64,000 bases of DNA from Phoronis australis. Its lineage: Eukaryota; Animalia; Phoronida. Below, in pieces: positions 13,533-27,100 of this stretch (position 1 is the stretch's first letter; each line of letters opens with the position of its first letter). The translations under genes and the position numbers were made by a program. The stretch lies in contig NMRA01000092.1 of NCBI GenBank assembly GCA_002633005.1, positions 521,710 through 585,709 on the forward strand, given 5' to 3'. The notes beneath the pieces are model-generated. The model worked only from the letters and a program-made list of their open reading frames with translations. It was not told the DNA's origin and did no database searches.

Positions 13533-13672
13533 ACTACGGTATGGCTGCACATAAACTCAACTGTAGCTATTTCCTAGAAAAACTTGCACTCTTTCGGGAA
13601 ACTACGGTATGGCTGCACATAAACTCTACTGTAGCTATTTCCTAGAAAAACTTGCACTCTTTCGGGAAACTA
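13533..13672. repeat. 68-bp tandem duplication (2 copies)
   Basis: ACTACGGTATGGCTGCACATAAACTC(A/T)ACTGTAGC...TTCGGGAA starts at 13533 and again at 13601, with one mismatch. Confidence 0.95.
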
Positions 13673-13816
13673 GGTTGCAAGCTCGTCGCATAGACATCGA
13701 CAGATAGGCATATCCATTGTTCACTATGTTTTTCTTATAATAAAAATAATGGCAAACATGTATCGGTAAGATCAAGAACGGACTATCGCCGCAAAAATAA
13801 AAAAGTTCATGTTGAT

Positions 13817-13850
13817 TCGATGTTTCGTCTATTCATTAGACATCATCAGG
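13817..13850 (-). ncRNA. Degenerate minimal type I hammerhead ribozyme motif (Penelope-type)
   Basis: Minus strand: c-CTGATGA-t-GTCTA-atgaa-TAGAC-GAAA-CATC-g. The core boxes and a perfect 5-bp stem II are present; stems I and III are degenerate. Confidence 0.55.
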
Positions 13851-15460
13851 TTATATACAAAAAGACATCAAGTGTCGACATACCAGTCAGGTTACATCCA
13901 TGTGAAATGAGTGTTGCAAGAAATACAAGGAATAAGTAAATAGGTCATCAACATAGCTGTAGCCAGTCACTGAGCTCTGCATCTTGTTCAGAGAACCGGC
14001 AGCATGCTGGTCCTGAATGTTGTTTTTTTGCGAAGTCTCAAACAAAATACTGAATTAATGCTTGTAATTCTTTATTGATAGTTTGAATGAGACCATAGGA
14101 CGTTTTTGAGAACAGTGACATCACTTGTTTGGAAAGTACTATGAAAAATTAAGCTTTTGGAAAATCAAAGATTAAAAAAAATAAATGACGTAAGGTTTTT
14201 CCTTGTCTTTTCTCAAGGTTTGAGTCGTGTGTAATATGGTGCATAATAACACATCACACAATTTAAGGAGAAACAGGGAAAAACCCATCAGGTTTTCTGC
14301 CTCCCTTAACGTTACAAGTTAGTGTTACTGAGCTTGCACGATTGCACTTGCGACTAAGTGGATGTCAGTGATTGCCTCTGAGTTTGTAGTAAATATCATG
14401 GTAGTAAATGGTTTTGTTTACTTTAGTGAAAGGTTGTTTGGCATCATTAACTTAACAATCATAAACCCATTTTAGACAATTTGAACTATTGCGCATATAC
14501 TCAGGAGGTTAATTTGTACTGTTTATGACTGATCTCATTTTTATTTTACATGCAATTTTAAAGCTTTATGGTACTTGGGTTTTGCGTGAATATTCATTCT
14601 TTAAACAAATTAGTGGTTTGACTATTTACAAAACTGTGGTTCGAACAAGCGATTCTGTAACAGTGTTTGCTGGTCCAAGCTGAGCAAAATTTGGTCGATA
14701 TCATAGTCATTAGAGCAGCTAGACTCAACTCATTACTTTCTCAAAGAGGTCTGTGTTAGCTTAAACCTTTTACTGAACTGTTGTCAAAGACTGTAAGATG
14801 TATAGTCTTCAACACTTCCTGCGAGCGATACTTGCATTTGTAAAAATTGGGAAGTGTTCTAGACGCTAACCATGTAATGTTGCCCACTCCATAAATTGTT
14901 CAACAACTAAAATCATCACTCACGCGGGTAAATATGTAAATCATCTCTCTGGGGAATAAAATCATGAATTTAGTGTAGTCCCTTTATTAATATAAAGAGT
15001 CTCACTCTTCGACCGCCTTCAGGCGGAGCCCTGCTATGGTAATGTAGAGGGCCTTACTTTTGAAGCCCGAAATTCAATTTCTTGCCTATTTCATTTCAAT
15101 AAGAATACGTCATTTTAAATAATATGCTGTTATTAGTTGCAGAATTTCCTTAAGTTCAAATATACCCGCACCTTTATCTAATCTTTTGAACGTGCAGGAT
15201 GTTCGTGAACTTTCCTTGCAATCTAACATGGCGAACGTCGATGGTTTTGATTTAATTTTAAGTGAAGCATCACAAGATGTCCTGAAATAAGGCAAGTTAA
15301 CACTTCTTGTTTTTTATGGGTATGCTGTGGCCGGCATAGAGCTCGTGGATGTTATTTTCAGTGGCTCCTAAAATGCTTCATTCTTCTTATCTTACTTTGA
15401 AGCACTCATAGCAGTTTTAGGTGATTTATCTATTGGCTTCCAGTAGTTTGTGGAAATTGT
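13817..15460 (-). mobile_element. Decayed Penelope-like retroelement (reverse-transcriptase remnants)
   Basis: Collinear frameshifted minus-strand motifs read by eye: a YGxPKI-like motif (~15425-15453), IKN (~15310), LDCKE/FTNI (~15198-15225; cf. DVxSLFTNIP), TYSY*NEIGKKLNFGLQK*GPL (~15047-15113; cf. TYFxxNxxxYxQxxGxAMGSPL), FTRVSDDF (~14910-14933; cf. RYVDD), TTVQ*KV*ANTD (~14749-14787; cf. TxVYRKxTHTD), followed by the hammerhead-like motif. Confidence 0.62.
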
Positions 15461-17333
15461 TGAAACATTATATCCGGAAATACTTAGTGCTTACCCAGTC
15501 CCATCCTGCCTGAATAGATGAAATAGCTTTTAGAATGATTAAATTACACTGCTTTTTACTCTTTTTGCCAATTCCCTGAATGATCAGTTTCGGAGGGAAA
15601 TAATTTCCCATCATAGTTTTTGACAGATTTCGTGTGGTTGAATTGGCACTTGGTTGACATTTCAAATTTGGTGAGAAAATCATGCGCTCAAGCTCTTACA
15701 AGTAAGGTGGGAGGGTAGCCCTCTGTTGAAAGTTTTAAGTTCCACAATTTCAGACATTGAAAGTTACGAAATTCAAATGTAGTTCATTTAATCCAGTGTA
15801 GTTCAGGTATGACTGATGAATGATCTTCAGCCATTTTGTGTGCTGCGAACATTGTACTCATCCCAAAAAATTACCTCCGTTGGAGAATCTGTATACAAAT
15901 TGTATGCAAATAACCTGTGGTAATTTGGCCTTATTTCTTGCACAAGGTTAACAAGAACATGATGCTTGTCAATTTAACTGCTTCTTAGTAATTTGCTTTA
16001 GATGTGATTAAGAAGGAAATGATCGGTTAATAGTTACAAATGCTCTAATAATCTCATGCACTTCATTAGGGTAGATCTAGAAAACAGAATGTCATGGCAT
16101 TTGTAAAGACTTCAAGTAACAACGCTGTTTACAGTGGTAGATAAACAGCTGTTATTGTAACCAGGAAGTTGGCCTACTTAATGATCCTTGGTCTACTGTA
16201 ATTACCCTAATTATTCTACTTTCTCAGTTAGCATGTAATTGTCTTAAACAGTGGGTACATTTTTTGTATGCATGTGCTGTAAATCTGGGTCTGGATTAAG
16301 TGTAGTCAAAGGTCATTCGAATCAAGCTGCTCTAATATTACAACCCTTGTGGGTCACAAGTCAGCAGTAACTGTGAAGTCTGATGTTTTGTTCCAATTAG
16401 AAAACAACACAATAGGTCGATCAGCTTGCAGGGATAGAATGTGGCAATGAGTTATGTTTTAAACGCTTGTGTCTCCTATTTTGAAAGTCGTTATATAATC
16501 ACAGTAATATGATGATGATGTCAGCACTCTTGTTTTTGCTATGTTAACCAAATTAATAATAGTTATTTTTAAGGGATTTTTCCTGTCCTGTAACTACTGA
16601 CGACTTTTACTGTATTTACGCTATAACTCCAGATTAACTTACTTTGATTTGATGTATACCTGTGCGCTCAAGACGCTACGTCTCCGTGTTAACACTACGT
16701 AGGCAATATGTTCCGAACAGCTCAGATCACTTTGTCTTACCATTGACTTTCCCCAATACCGAGTCGGTTTAGATACTGCGCCATCTGGAGGAGTGTCCTG
16801 TCAAGAAGTTTGATTCTTTATAAAATGGCGGGTATTTGGATTGTTTTGACAGCTTTCATTGATGACTTTCTCATTTTTTTTGTTCTTACGAAAATCCCAT
16901 GATTGGGTTTTGTTTTGCATTGCTTTCATCTGTCTGGAGAAGAACTAGTTACATATGCTTCAGTATTCTCTTGAGCTAGGATTATCTGCTCTTCACTATT
17001 TGGTTCATTGAAAAAATGGCCACTCTCCATATGAAAACATCTGTAATTCATTTATTTTCATTTGTTTAAAAATTACACAGATCTCTACCTTTCAAAGCAG
17101 TTTTCGATGTCTGAAATTCAGAACTGTACAAGGTCACTAACCACAGTTTTTATCCTTTTTCAATTCATGAACTTGGCCGTTATTTGCATTTTAACAGCTA
17201 CCTCTAGCAACTATTATATTATTTATGTATTAATTCTTATTAACATCTCCATGGTTTGCAATCTGCTGGCTGCGGCCTCTCGTATTTGTTAAGTAGCTGA
17301 TAGTAAGCTGTATTTGAGGACAGCAAATTTTAA

Positions 17334-17766
17334 AGATGACATGTCTCATTAAAACTGTGAATATTTAAATTTGTAGCAAGCGCCACCTTGTGACTTCTTG
17401 GTGAACTGTGTACAAGTATAATCAGGAAATGAAACAATTTATAAATAAAACACATTTTTAAAGAAAACACCACAACTGATACACATGAAAACAAGTGAAC
17501 ATATATACAACCCTTGTAATTTCAAATATTACGCAATTGTTATTTGATAGTGACATGAACAAATAAGAACTGTGCCTCGTTTTACTAAGGAAACGATGAC
17601 ACATTACCATACTCATTTACATAAAAATAGTTTTGCAAAACGAGGCTTTTGCGAGATTGTAATGGTGACCGGTTCTCGGATGGTTTCTGGCACACCAGAA
17701 GACCCGAGATTGTTTGTAAACTAGTACTTCGTTTGCATATTCACAATTTAATGAGACATAGCATCT
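17334..17766. mobile_element. Kolobok-like MITE, family A, copy 1
   Basis: TIRs of about 30 bp (AGATGACATGTCTCATTAAAACTGTGAATAT / ATATTCACAATTTAATGAGACATAGCATCT) flanked by TTAA at 17330-17333 and 17767-17770. A second full copy lies at 56694-57132. Confidence 0.85.
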
Positions 17767-18404
17767 TTAAGCTGCTGTTAGCTTGTTTCCAGTTTCCCAT
17801 CAAGGAGGCAATATTTTAGTCCAATTAACTTCATGATACAGGTCTCAAAGTGATCCTTAATCAGATTAGAAAGGATTTCTTAGACTGGGATAAACTGTTG
17901 GTTCGTTTTGTGGAGACCTGGATTCTATTTCTTGAAAGTGACTTTTTGTCTTACAATTGCTGAAAAAGGGTTAAGCCAAATAGTTATGAGTGAATCGTAT
18001 TTTGGAAGTCTTTTCACAAAACGGACCCCTCAATAAGCCATGGCGCCGGTCACTTCATGTCCTGAGCATGGTCTTGTATTAGTATATTAATGAACTGTCA
18101 CTTGTTTCCAAGCCCCAAAGCTTACTTCAAGTGAGGATAAATTGAAGGCCAGTTTTGTATTAGTAAGTACCAGTCTAAATTAAGATTTTTTTTCTGCAGG
18201 TGCATACTTATAGCATCATTAATTTCTCATTAACTGTGTCATACAGCAGTCCGTGGTATTAGTTTTTTCCGATCTGGGGCTATGAAAAATAACTCACTTT
18301 TTGTGCTTAGCTATCCATGGATCAGCAAAGGTAATCAAACAATTGTCTTCTCAGTCAGGACCGTAAACCATTTGTTAAGATGTGTTTAGTTACACTGTCC
18401 AACT

Positions 18405-18857
18405 GGGACTTTCATACTAATGTCCATAGTCCACCCCTCGATGTTTTGAGGAGTTCCAATCAGTCAACTTCGGTCCTTGATCGAAGTTAGTAGCGCCAGT
18501 CAACTATGCAGTAAACGTAGATTTAAGAAAGAAGCGTCGACGCTGCGGTGCAGTATGAACGCCCATCGAAGTTATCGCCTAGGGCCACGGTTATCGTCAC
18601 CAATCGAATTAGAAATAAGTTTTATGTCAATTAGCACATGTAAATGTTCCCAAATTGTCACATTAAAAAAAATCTTAGCGTGCACATGATGCGTCAGGCA
18701 CTAACTTACGATTACTTCGATGACAACAGCGTCACATGCCGTTAAATTTGATGTACTTTAACTACCGAAGCTGATATGAACAGTTCAGTTAACTTCTCAG
18801 TTCACGTCAATGCTCCGCTCAGAATGGAGTTACGGCGTAAGTCAGTATGAAAGGGCC
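18405..18857. mobile_element. PIF/Harbinger-like MITE, copy 1
   Basis: Ends GGGACTTTCATACTAA / TCAGTATGAAAGGGCC. The interior is homologous to 34420-34848 and 63591-64000. Confidence 0.65.
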
Positions 18858-21800
18858 TTCAGAACAGGATTCACACGGATTTTACTGACCTTGCATGTCA
18901 AATTGTGTGTGAGCCATGCCCCTGATTTACATCTATCAAAATTCTAAGTCAGATGCCCACTAGTTAACCCCTCCAAACCCAAAATGAATTATCAACTGAT
19001 CAGCTGAAATACCACTATGATCGAACATGAAAATGAACGTTATTGCGCAAGACAATCAATGAGATTATTAAGTTCTGACAAGCTTTACCTTTTCACGTAT
19101 TACACCTATCTCAAGAATATTATGCAACTTTGAATGACTAGGTATTGATTTGACGATCTTCTGTCTTGGGAGGAACACCTTTGTGTCCTCAGCCTGAAAA
19201 TCGCCAAGCCTATCAGAGCTAGTTTTTGAACTTCAAATATTTGCACCAGTTACCATAGGTTGTTTAGAATGCCTTCCTATTTATCTCAGTGGTTGTAGGT
19301 AGTTTGACAAACAAAATTACATAATTAGGTATATACTTAGGGACTTAATGACAAACTACTAGTTGTTTCATGGCTATTGAGAAGTTGGTGGACAGCTACA
19401 GCATATGAGGATTTGCTACAGAGGGATTTTACAGTATTTATCGTAAATTCTTTGCAATCATGTGTGGTGAGATTTTCAAGTAATTCACAGAAAAAAGGAG
19501 ATTTCTATCGGGGATCATCGTAGTTTAGAGGATTTATTATTTGTAACCCATTTGAATTCAAACAGAAGAACAGGCTGACACAACTTTGGAAGAGCAACTA
19601 CACACCTGTGAAGAAAGTTGATATTTTAAACCACAGAACATGGTTCATAATGGTTATAATACAAACATAGACTAAGTATCATTCCATTTTATGTCTTTTG
19701 GTGTCCATAAATTTTCATCACCTTTATACACACTACCATTGTCAATGACTTACTATGACCAGTTAATTCATGTTGTAGTGTCTGTGTTGTTTTAAAGTGA
19801 TTGATTCAAAGCTATTTAGTTGTAGTTAATTTGCATACACATGACTGTTAACAAAGTTTACTTGTAAACCACATTTCTTTTTATTTCATACCCCATATTT
19901 GTCTATTATTCGTTTAAAAACGCTCTCACTTCCCCAAAAGATTTTGAGAACACAAAATTTTCAACTTCAGCTATCTTCGGAAAAATGTCACATCAGGTTC
20001 CGAAAAGGAACCCGATCATTGCCGAGTCTGTCTACAGTGTCCATTGCTATGTGCCAAGAGGAGTACTTTCGTTTTTTCAAATTTAGACGGATTCTTACAT
20101 TTAAAGTGGAGTAAATAATTGAAGAAGAATGCCTGACCGTTGTGTAGTTGAAGGCTGAGGCAATACGCCAAGGGCTGGGGTATCTTTGCACAAGTTGCCC
20201 ACTGATTGAAGACTGCATCGCAAGTGAGAAGACTTTGCGAAGTCCACGAGTGGAACGTAGCCGTATTTGGTAGTATGTAGCCAACATATTTCTATGGGCT
20301 GCTTCGAGAACGACAGCCTGCGATCCGAGTATAGTTGTAAACCAGGATGAGTGAACTTTTAGAGAGTATTTGAAACGATTCATGCTGTCGCTTTCCAGAA
20401 GCTAGAGGGCCTTGAGCTAGTATTGAACCTAACATTCAAAATGGCGGATAGCATCGACGGACACTGTCGGACAGGATTAGTGCTAGAAGTAGCCAGTAGA
20501 TTGCTTTACTTTTGAATTGCGGTTTTTGCAACATACTGGTAAGTGTTTGTAGGTGGATGTGCTGAATAGGTTGATGCTAGTTGCAATACATTGAATTTTA
20601 GCCTAGTCGATCGCTAGCTGGACTGAATGAACAGTAAGAGTAGGGCAGTCCAACCAATTTTTTTTCGATTTGCAAGAATACTTCAATATAATCGGAAAGA
20701 TAATGCATCTCAATCAATAAAAATTAAAAAATTATCAAAATCGGGTTAAGCAGTGCAAGTTTATTGCAGTTTTGGTGGCGAAATTTGGGTCATTTGTTTG
20801 GATCGGGTCAGCCATCTTGGACAATAGCGACATAAGTTACGAGTTTAAAACCGTGTATAAATTATTTTCACCAATAATTTATGATGAAATTTAGTGAGAA
20901 ATATGTATACCTACTATTCTGAGCGATTCAATAGTTTTCACTGGATTTCAGCCACTCAAATGTTACTTATTGAGTGATAAATGTGCTCAACAATTCCCAT
21001 TGGACTCAGTCTCATTTCCGGCTGCACTGACAACATGGCGACTTATGCTGAACTGAAGGGCATGCTCAATTGTCTATTTTGTACTTGACAGCAGCTATAA
21101 AAGCAACTTTGCACAATGTTTATGTTTTTGTGCAAAAAATAGAAGGAATATTCTAATTATTGTAGTGTGAATATCCCATTTAGTTGACCATACACTCAGC
21201 TTAAAAATAGTTGAAAAAGTTTTGAAATTGTTTTTTCTTTGAAAGTCAATTGTGCTTCAAGGTTTGATTATGTGTCACAACATAATTCATATTTTCTAAA
21301 TTTTACGTATGAGTCATTCTTTTGATACATGCGTTGTTGCTTTCTTAATTCAAGTTATCAAGGCAACAAAATGTAAAGGCTCTTAATTAGAATAAAAGGC
21401 TATGTTGGATTATGAAACTTCCAGCCTTCAAACCTTTTTCCATGCAACTTATTTTCTGAAATCATGCTTGTGAATTCTAGTGTAAGGAAACGCCTGGTCG
21501 CCACGGTACTAGTTAGGCATATCCACTTTCATATCATGTAAATTTGTTGTGTTGTTGGATAACGTTTGTAATGCTTAAATGTTATAAAGTACTGTGCATT
21601 TTAAGTTACTTATTTTGGCAAAAGATTAGATCATTTTGGCTTACATATCAACTTTACTGTACTGAGATTATTTCAGTTTTGACTTATGTACAGTAGATGT
21701 AACCTTCAACTACCTTGAAAATCTTTCACTGTAGAAATCAAATATATAATTCCGACTGTAAGCACTTGATTTTAATTTGAACTGATTTGTTCTTTCATTA

Positions 21801-23672
21801 CTATGACTCAGTGACCAAAGCATGATAGAATTAGCTTGCCATAATGAGCGCCTGAAATAATATGTTCACTGGCATCTTCAAGTGATATTTCTTGATGCTT
21901 TGGGTTTATTATTATTTCAATAGATTAACACATAAATTTAAAAAACCAAGTTCAGAAGACTTCCATTTCACGTGTTCTTGAAATTCTGTCATTGAGAATG
22001 CCACCTCCACTCAAGTTTCAATTACATTATGTGGTTAAATTAAAAGGTGACATCCTTAATCCTACTCACTGCTGAAAATGAAAAAATGAAAACTAATATT
22101 TTGTATTAGGCTTTATTATCTGTGATACACTAGTCTTTACATCTCGTTGGCAAAAACCAATTTAGTTATGGCAACAAATGGAGTTGAAAGGAATTATCAT
22201 ATGAAGCAAGGAAAATTTTGGAGTGTTGACTGCCAATAGCCATTGCAATACACAGCTGTCTTTCTGATCTGACATCACAGACAGTTATGTAACCACATAT
22301 GCCTGTTCTTTGCTGAAGTGGGATAAGGTCATTACTGCTAGGCTTTTCTAATTAAGCAAGGTGTGCAGACAAAAACTGCCCTGTGCAACAGATTCACAGT
22401 GCTATTACAACTTCTTTTTTGACTAAGTGACTTGCCTTTTGTGTTCTGTACCTTTTGTAGGTATTTTACCGGTGGAAGTCAGAGAGATCTATAGCTGCCT
22501 CCCCGTCTAGGCTCAAATTACGTCATCACAGCAAACCCCCCCCCCAACAACCGACATTTTGTTGGAGAATCTATCTTTATGATTCTACTGACAAACTAAT
22601 GTCTCTTTATAATCTTAAGTTGGATTTACCACCATTTTATTCAGCAATGAAATAAAGTGCGTCATTTCATCCTGAAATCGTCATTCTTTATATGCATTTG
22701 AGTGACTGACGATATGTCATGAACGGTACCAAAATACATTTCATTTGCAGTCTGGCAATTTTTTAAAAATTGTTTGGTGCAGCAGTAGGAAACTTGAACA
22801 CAAGAATTCAGGACTCAAAGCCGATTTCAACAATACCCAAGATGTAACATTGTAATTATTTAATGTTGTTGTTGACTAGTGATAATATTAAATTTTGCAA
22901 AATAATGCTGTACGTAAAATAATGAATACTTACATACCTAACGACGTCATAGGAATGAGGATAGGGTGGGAAAACAAAATGTCTTTATAAGGGCAGCTTT
23001 TTTATATTAATTTATAGCATTACCAACTTCTCCACTGAACAGGCAATCTGAGGAGCAAACTTGAGATTTAACAGTGGAACTTGAAGTATAGTATGAAAAC
23101 AAGGTAAAACCATTCTTGCATGTTTAATGTAATAATGAAAAAATTAAATTCTGTTGCAACACTGCATATTTGCTTAACAAGCTCACATCGTAAAGCCCAT
23201 CCCCAGCAAAACATAACCACGCGTGTCGTTGGATAGCCTGATCATGTCCTAATGCACTACCTGACAGTGTTGTCAGCGATAGGTTTAGGTAGTGATGGAG
23301 TGAGAGCTATTGTTTGTCTATGCACGTGTTTATAAGGAAGCCTAGTGAAACATGATCAAATCGTGGAGTCACGAAAAAGCGGGTCCTTGTTTTAGAAGTA
23401 GTCAATTCCGCTAGATGGTGAACCGGTTTCTCAGCGATATGTATTGCGATGGAGATATTCTAATATACCACATCATGACGTCTCCATGAGTCTAACCCTC
23501 CACCAGTCTTGAATTGTTATCTTTCTAAACCCCTTCCCCCTCTAGTGATGAGGTAGTGTCTGAACGCTCCCGTTGATGTTATTTAAGTACAGTTAGTTAT
23601 TTTTCGTTTTTGGTTTTTAATAAGGCAACAAGTTTTGTGCCAAGTGTTAAGCATAGAAATGTGATCTTTTAA

Positions 23673-24125
23673 GGTTTTATAGGATATTATCGAAAAGTCT
23701 GTGTGGTAAGCCAAATGTCTTCAGTACTATAGATTTTAACTTGATAAAAGTATGTGTTCTGAAAGTTGAAAGCCTGAAGAATTTAATTTTTGGCTTTTTA
23801 GCAATCTGCCATTAACTGGGTCATGTGACCAGGTTTTTTTTAGTAAAGCTTTATGCTAAAGAATGGTACGGCCATAGGAAAACAATGGTATTAAGAGCAT
23901 GGGGAAATTTAATTACATATAATTGTTTAATTGAGGTAAAATCGTAGTAAAGCTGTTACAGGTTTTCTAGCCTCATACAAGAGTGGAAAACTTTAAAAGC
24001 AGTATAGTGTATAAAGCATGGTAACAGGTAGTTTCGTGTGAATCCAGTCAACCGTTTCTGAGATACGATGTTCCAAAGTTGGCCAAGTTTAACATTTTCT
24101 AGGGTCTTAATATCTCAAATCTTAA
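23673..24125. mobile_element. Kolobok-like MITE, family B (degenerate copy)
   Basis: Starts TTAA|GGTTTTATAGGA. Shares TCTGCCATTAA-TGGGTCA-GTGACC, ACAATGGTAT and GTTTC-GT-AATC blocks with the copies near 39864 and 43434, and the 3' block with the copy at 55342. Confidence 0.55.
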
Positions 24126-27100
24126 ATTCTCGAAAAATGAAATAGTATGTGGGTTCCTTTCATAACATATGCGGAGTGTAAATAATGGACTGTGGATAAT
24201 GTACTCTGTCTGAACCCAGTGCACCATGGTGTTTTGGATAGTTTTAATTACGTAATGTAAAATCGTTGTCTATGCAAAACTTTTGGAAAGTGTTTCCTCC
24301 GAAATTACCTGGAACACTGTCGCAGTGTCAGGGTTTTGAATAGTCATTTTGAGGAAGTCCAATGCAACCATGAAATGACTACCAGTTTCAATGGTTTTAC
24401 TATTGTTATCCTACTCTTGATTGAGCAACCAATATCTAACCATGCTTTTGAACTCATTTATTCTTTTTATCAAAAAAAGAAACTAAAATATGTTTTCTAG
24501 TTAAAAGATAATATCTTTCAAGCCTACTGTATTTGTTACATTTCAAATAAGTAAGTTTTCTAGTTTCTGTTTCAAAGTTTCAAGGTATGTTTAGTGGTTG
24601 AAATTGACATTTGAATCACTTAAGCTATGAAACGACCTTGAACTGAATGTCAATTATTCAGCAGTATAACAACTGCAAAATAAATATCTATGCTTTTCTT
24701 TAATAATGATTAAGAAGGTTATTGTCTGTGAACAACCACTGATTTAAAATCAATGGTTGTTCATAGGACATGACATGTTATTGGTCTGAAATCTCATTTC
24801 CTGGAGTTTCCAGAATAACAGCAAAGCTTAAATAAACGAGTGGCCAGCAAACAGTTGAGTAGATGCCCATTCATTTTAATTATTTGTGCCTGGATGGATT
24901 ATGTCGAAACAGCTGATTTGTACAACTGAGGGTTGTTAGTTGTTCCACATGTGATCAACAGAAGCAAGCTTCTCCACTGACATTAGTAATTCTTACTTGA
25001 TCAGCAATAAAGAAATTGCCAAATCATTTTGTGTCTATTTTTCAAAAGCCGATTTGCTGCTACTCATCGTTACTGAACATTTACGTTTTTTGTCTTTGAT
25101 AACTTTATGGAACAGACATGCTAAGAACAAAGAAGTGCATCTCCATTATTAATTTATTTTTGTTAGGGAAATTTAGTAAACAACGTGGTTTCAGAGTCCA
25201 CCCATGCCAAATAAAAGCATTACTGGCAAATTTAGTAATAATGAAAATAACACAAAGGCTTAAAGTATACTAATGGAAACTTAGATTTCTAATATTATAA
25301 AGTAAGCCGTGGACCATTTGCCCAAACAATTACCAGTTCTTGATTTGCTGGAGCAATTGTTTTGTTCACTTTTCACATGGGATCTAGTTTAAAGTTTTTA
25401 AATGTCTAGAGATATGCAACTGTAGGTACATCATACAAACCAGCCGTCCCTAAGTTGAATGAAGAATGAGGGTTGTTGAAGCTTTCGCAAAAAGTTTTGA
25501 ACGAGATGCAGTCAAACTTGTTTTAAAAATTTTGATCCTAGCAGTTAAGCTTGCTGCTGTGCCGTATGGTCAGAGTCAGTTGGTCTCACCCCCAAAGATT
25601 CGGAAACTTTGACAGATTACACAAGACCATGCAATTTGTGAAAATAGTATAATGCTGCCGTCATAAACACATGATTTATTACATGTTTCAGTCAGTTCTG
25701 ATCAGTTTTAAATCTGTATATACTGTAAATAATAAGTATTTAATCTTCTTGAAGCACTTACCTGGTTTCACCCCAATAAGCTTATGCATTGTTTATCCTA
25801 AGCCCCAGTGGTGCTGTTCACCATTGCCCTGTCTGGTTTCTTATGCATAGAGAATGTGTTGCTTTCCAGTTTATAACAGGCGATAGAGGGGGCAGTGAAT
25901 GTGACATTGTCCAATCATGCGGTAGCATTGCCCAGGAGTGATAATGGACTAGCTCATAGGAAGCTATCTTACATGTAAGGCTCACCTAGCTTCTGTTATA
26001 TTTTTAAGTGGCATGATGGAAGCATAACTTTGAATGTGGCACTCAATATTATCCACATGCTTTCAAGGCATGCTTTTGTCATGATAGAGCAACCACTAAT
26101 CCTTGACTGCCAACAAAGAAAAGAAAATATATCCAGTGTGAATTTCTATGCATGGTGATATAAGTTCACAGAGTCTTACATTTGCACAGTTATGCTAGAC
26201 AAATTCTAATTACATCCCTGCAGTCTCAGCAGAAAGAGGGCAAAAAAGCTAGCTCTAAGTCCTAATGTCAAGGATGCCTTTCTGGAAATCCTGCCAATTT
26301 TTCAGGAGACAGTAAAAATTTTATCGTTGGGTCGTATGATGTTCTGAAACCATGTCGATTTGGTGTGCATGAAATTTGGGTCTGACTTACGAAACGCTAT
26401 TAATAGGCTGTTTATAGAAATTTGTAATGGTTTGGGTAATAAGCTTAAATGCACTGCTTTAGGCACCAAGATATTCCATTTGAGTGATTTTATCAAATTA
26501 ATGCTAATGCTGCCTGCAGACAACCTCGACCTGACCCTTCTCAATCAATTAAAAATTTAATGAATTATATGCTATCCAAACTCTGAAAACCTTTTTTTCT
26601 GAAAAAGTTTAAAACATACATGGATCAAAACCTTGTAAGTTGTCAGCAGATAACTGCAAAAATTGTTGCCATGGGGCCAGGAAACCATGATATTGTCAAC
26701 ATTCATCTTTGTTGTTTTTCTGCCGGAGAGATCAGTTGCCACATTAGCAGAGACTTCAACTGTAACTCTTTGAAGCATGGTACAAAATTGGGTCTGTTGA
26801 CCATTCATACTAAGGTCAATGCATCGATGTTTTGGGTAGTTGTGTATGTTGTTAGTATGAACAGTTAACTTTGGTAATGGATCCAAAGAAACATCGCCAG
26901 TTGACTAAGTAATACACAGGTAGATTTAGCAGCATTTTGGCACGTTGTGAATGGTAAACTTCTGTCTCATCGAAGTTATCAGCAAGAGCCACTGCCATTG
27001 CAATTACTTCAATGACAACAGTGACACCTAGTGTTACTTAGATGCCCATTAACTACTGGTTACTATGTGAATGGTTCAATGAATTTGAGACTCCACTGGA

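Noticed and set aside
19988-20383. 131-aa minus-strand ORF and a KGWGIFA (SET-like) motif on the plus strand
   Set aside because: No recognisable domain in the ORF and no further SET motifs.
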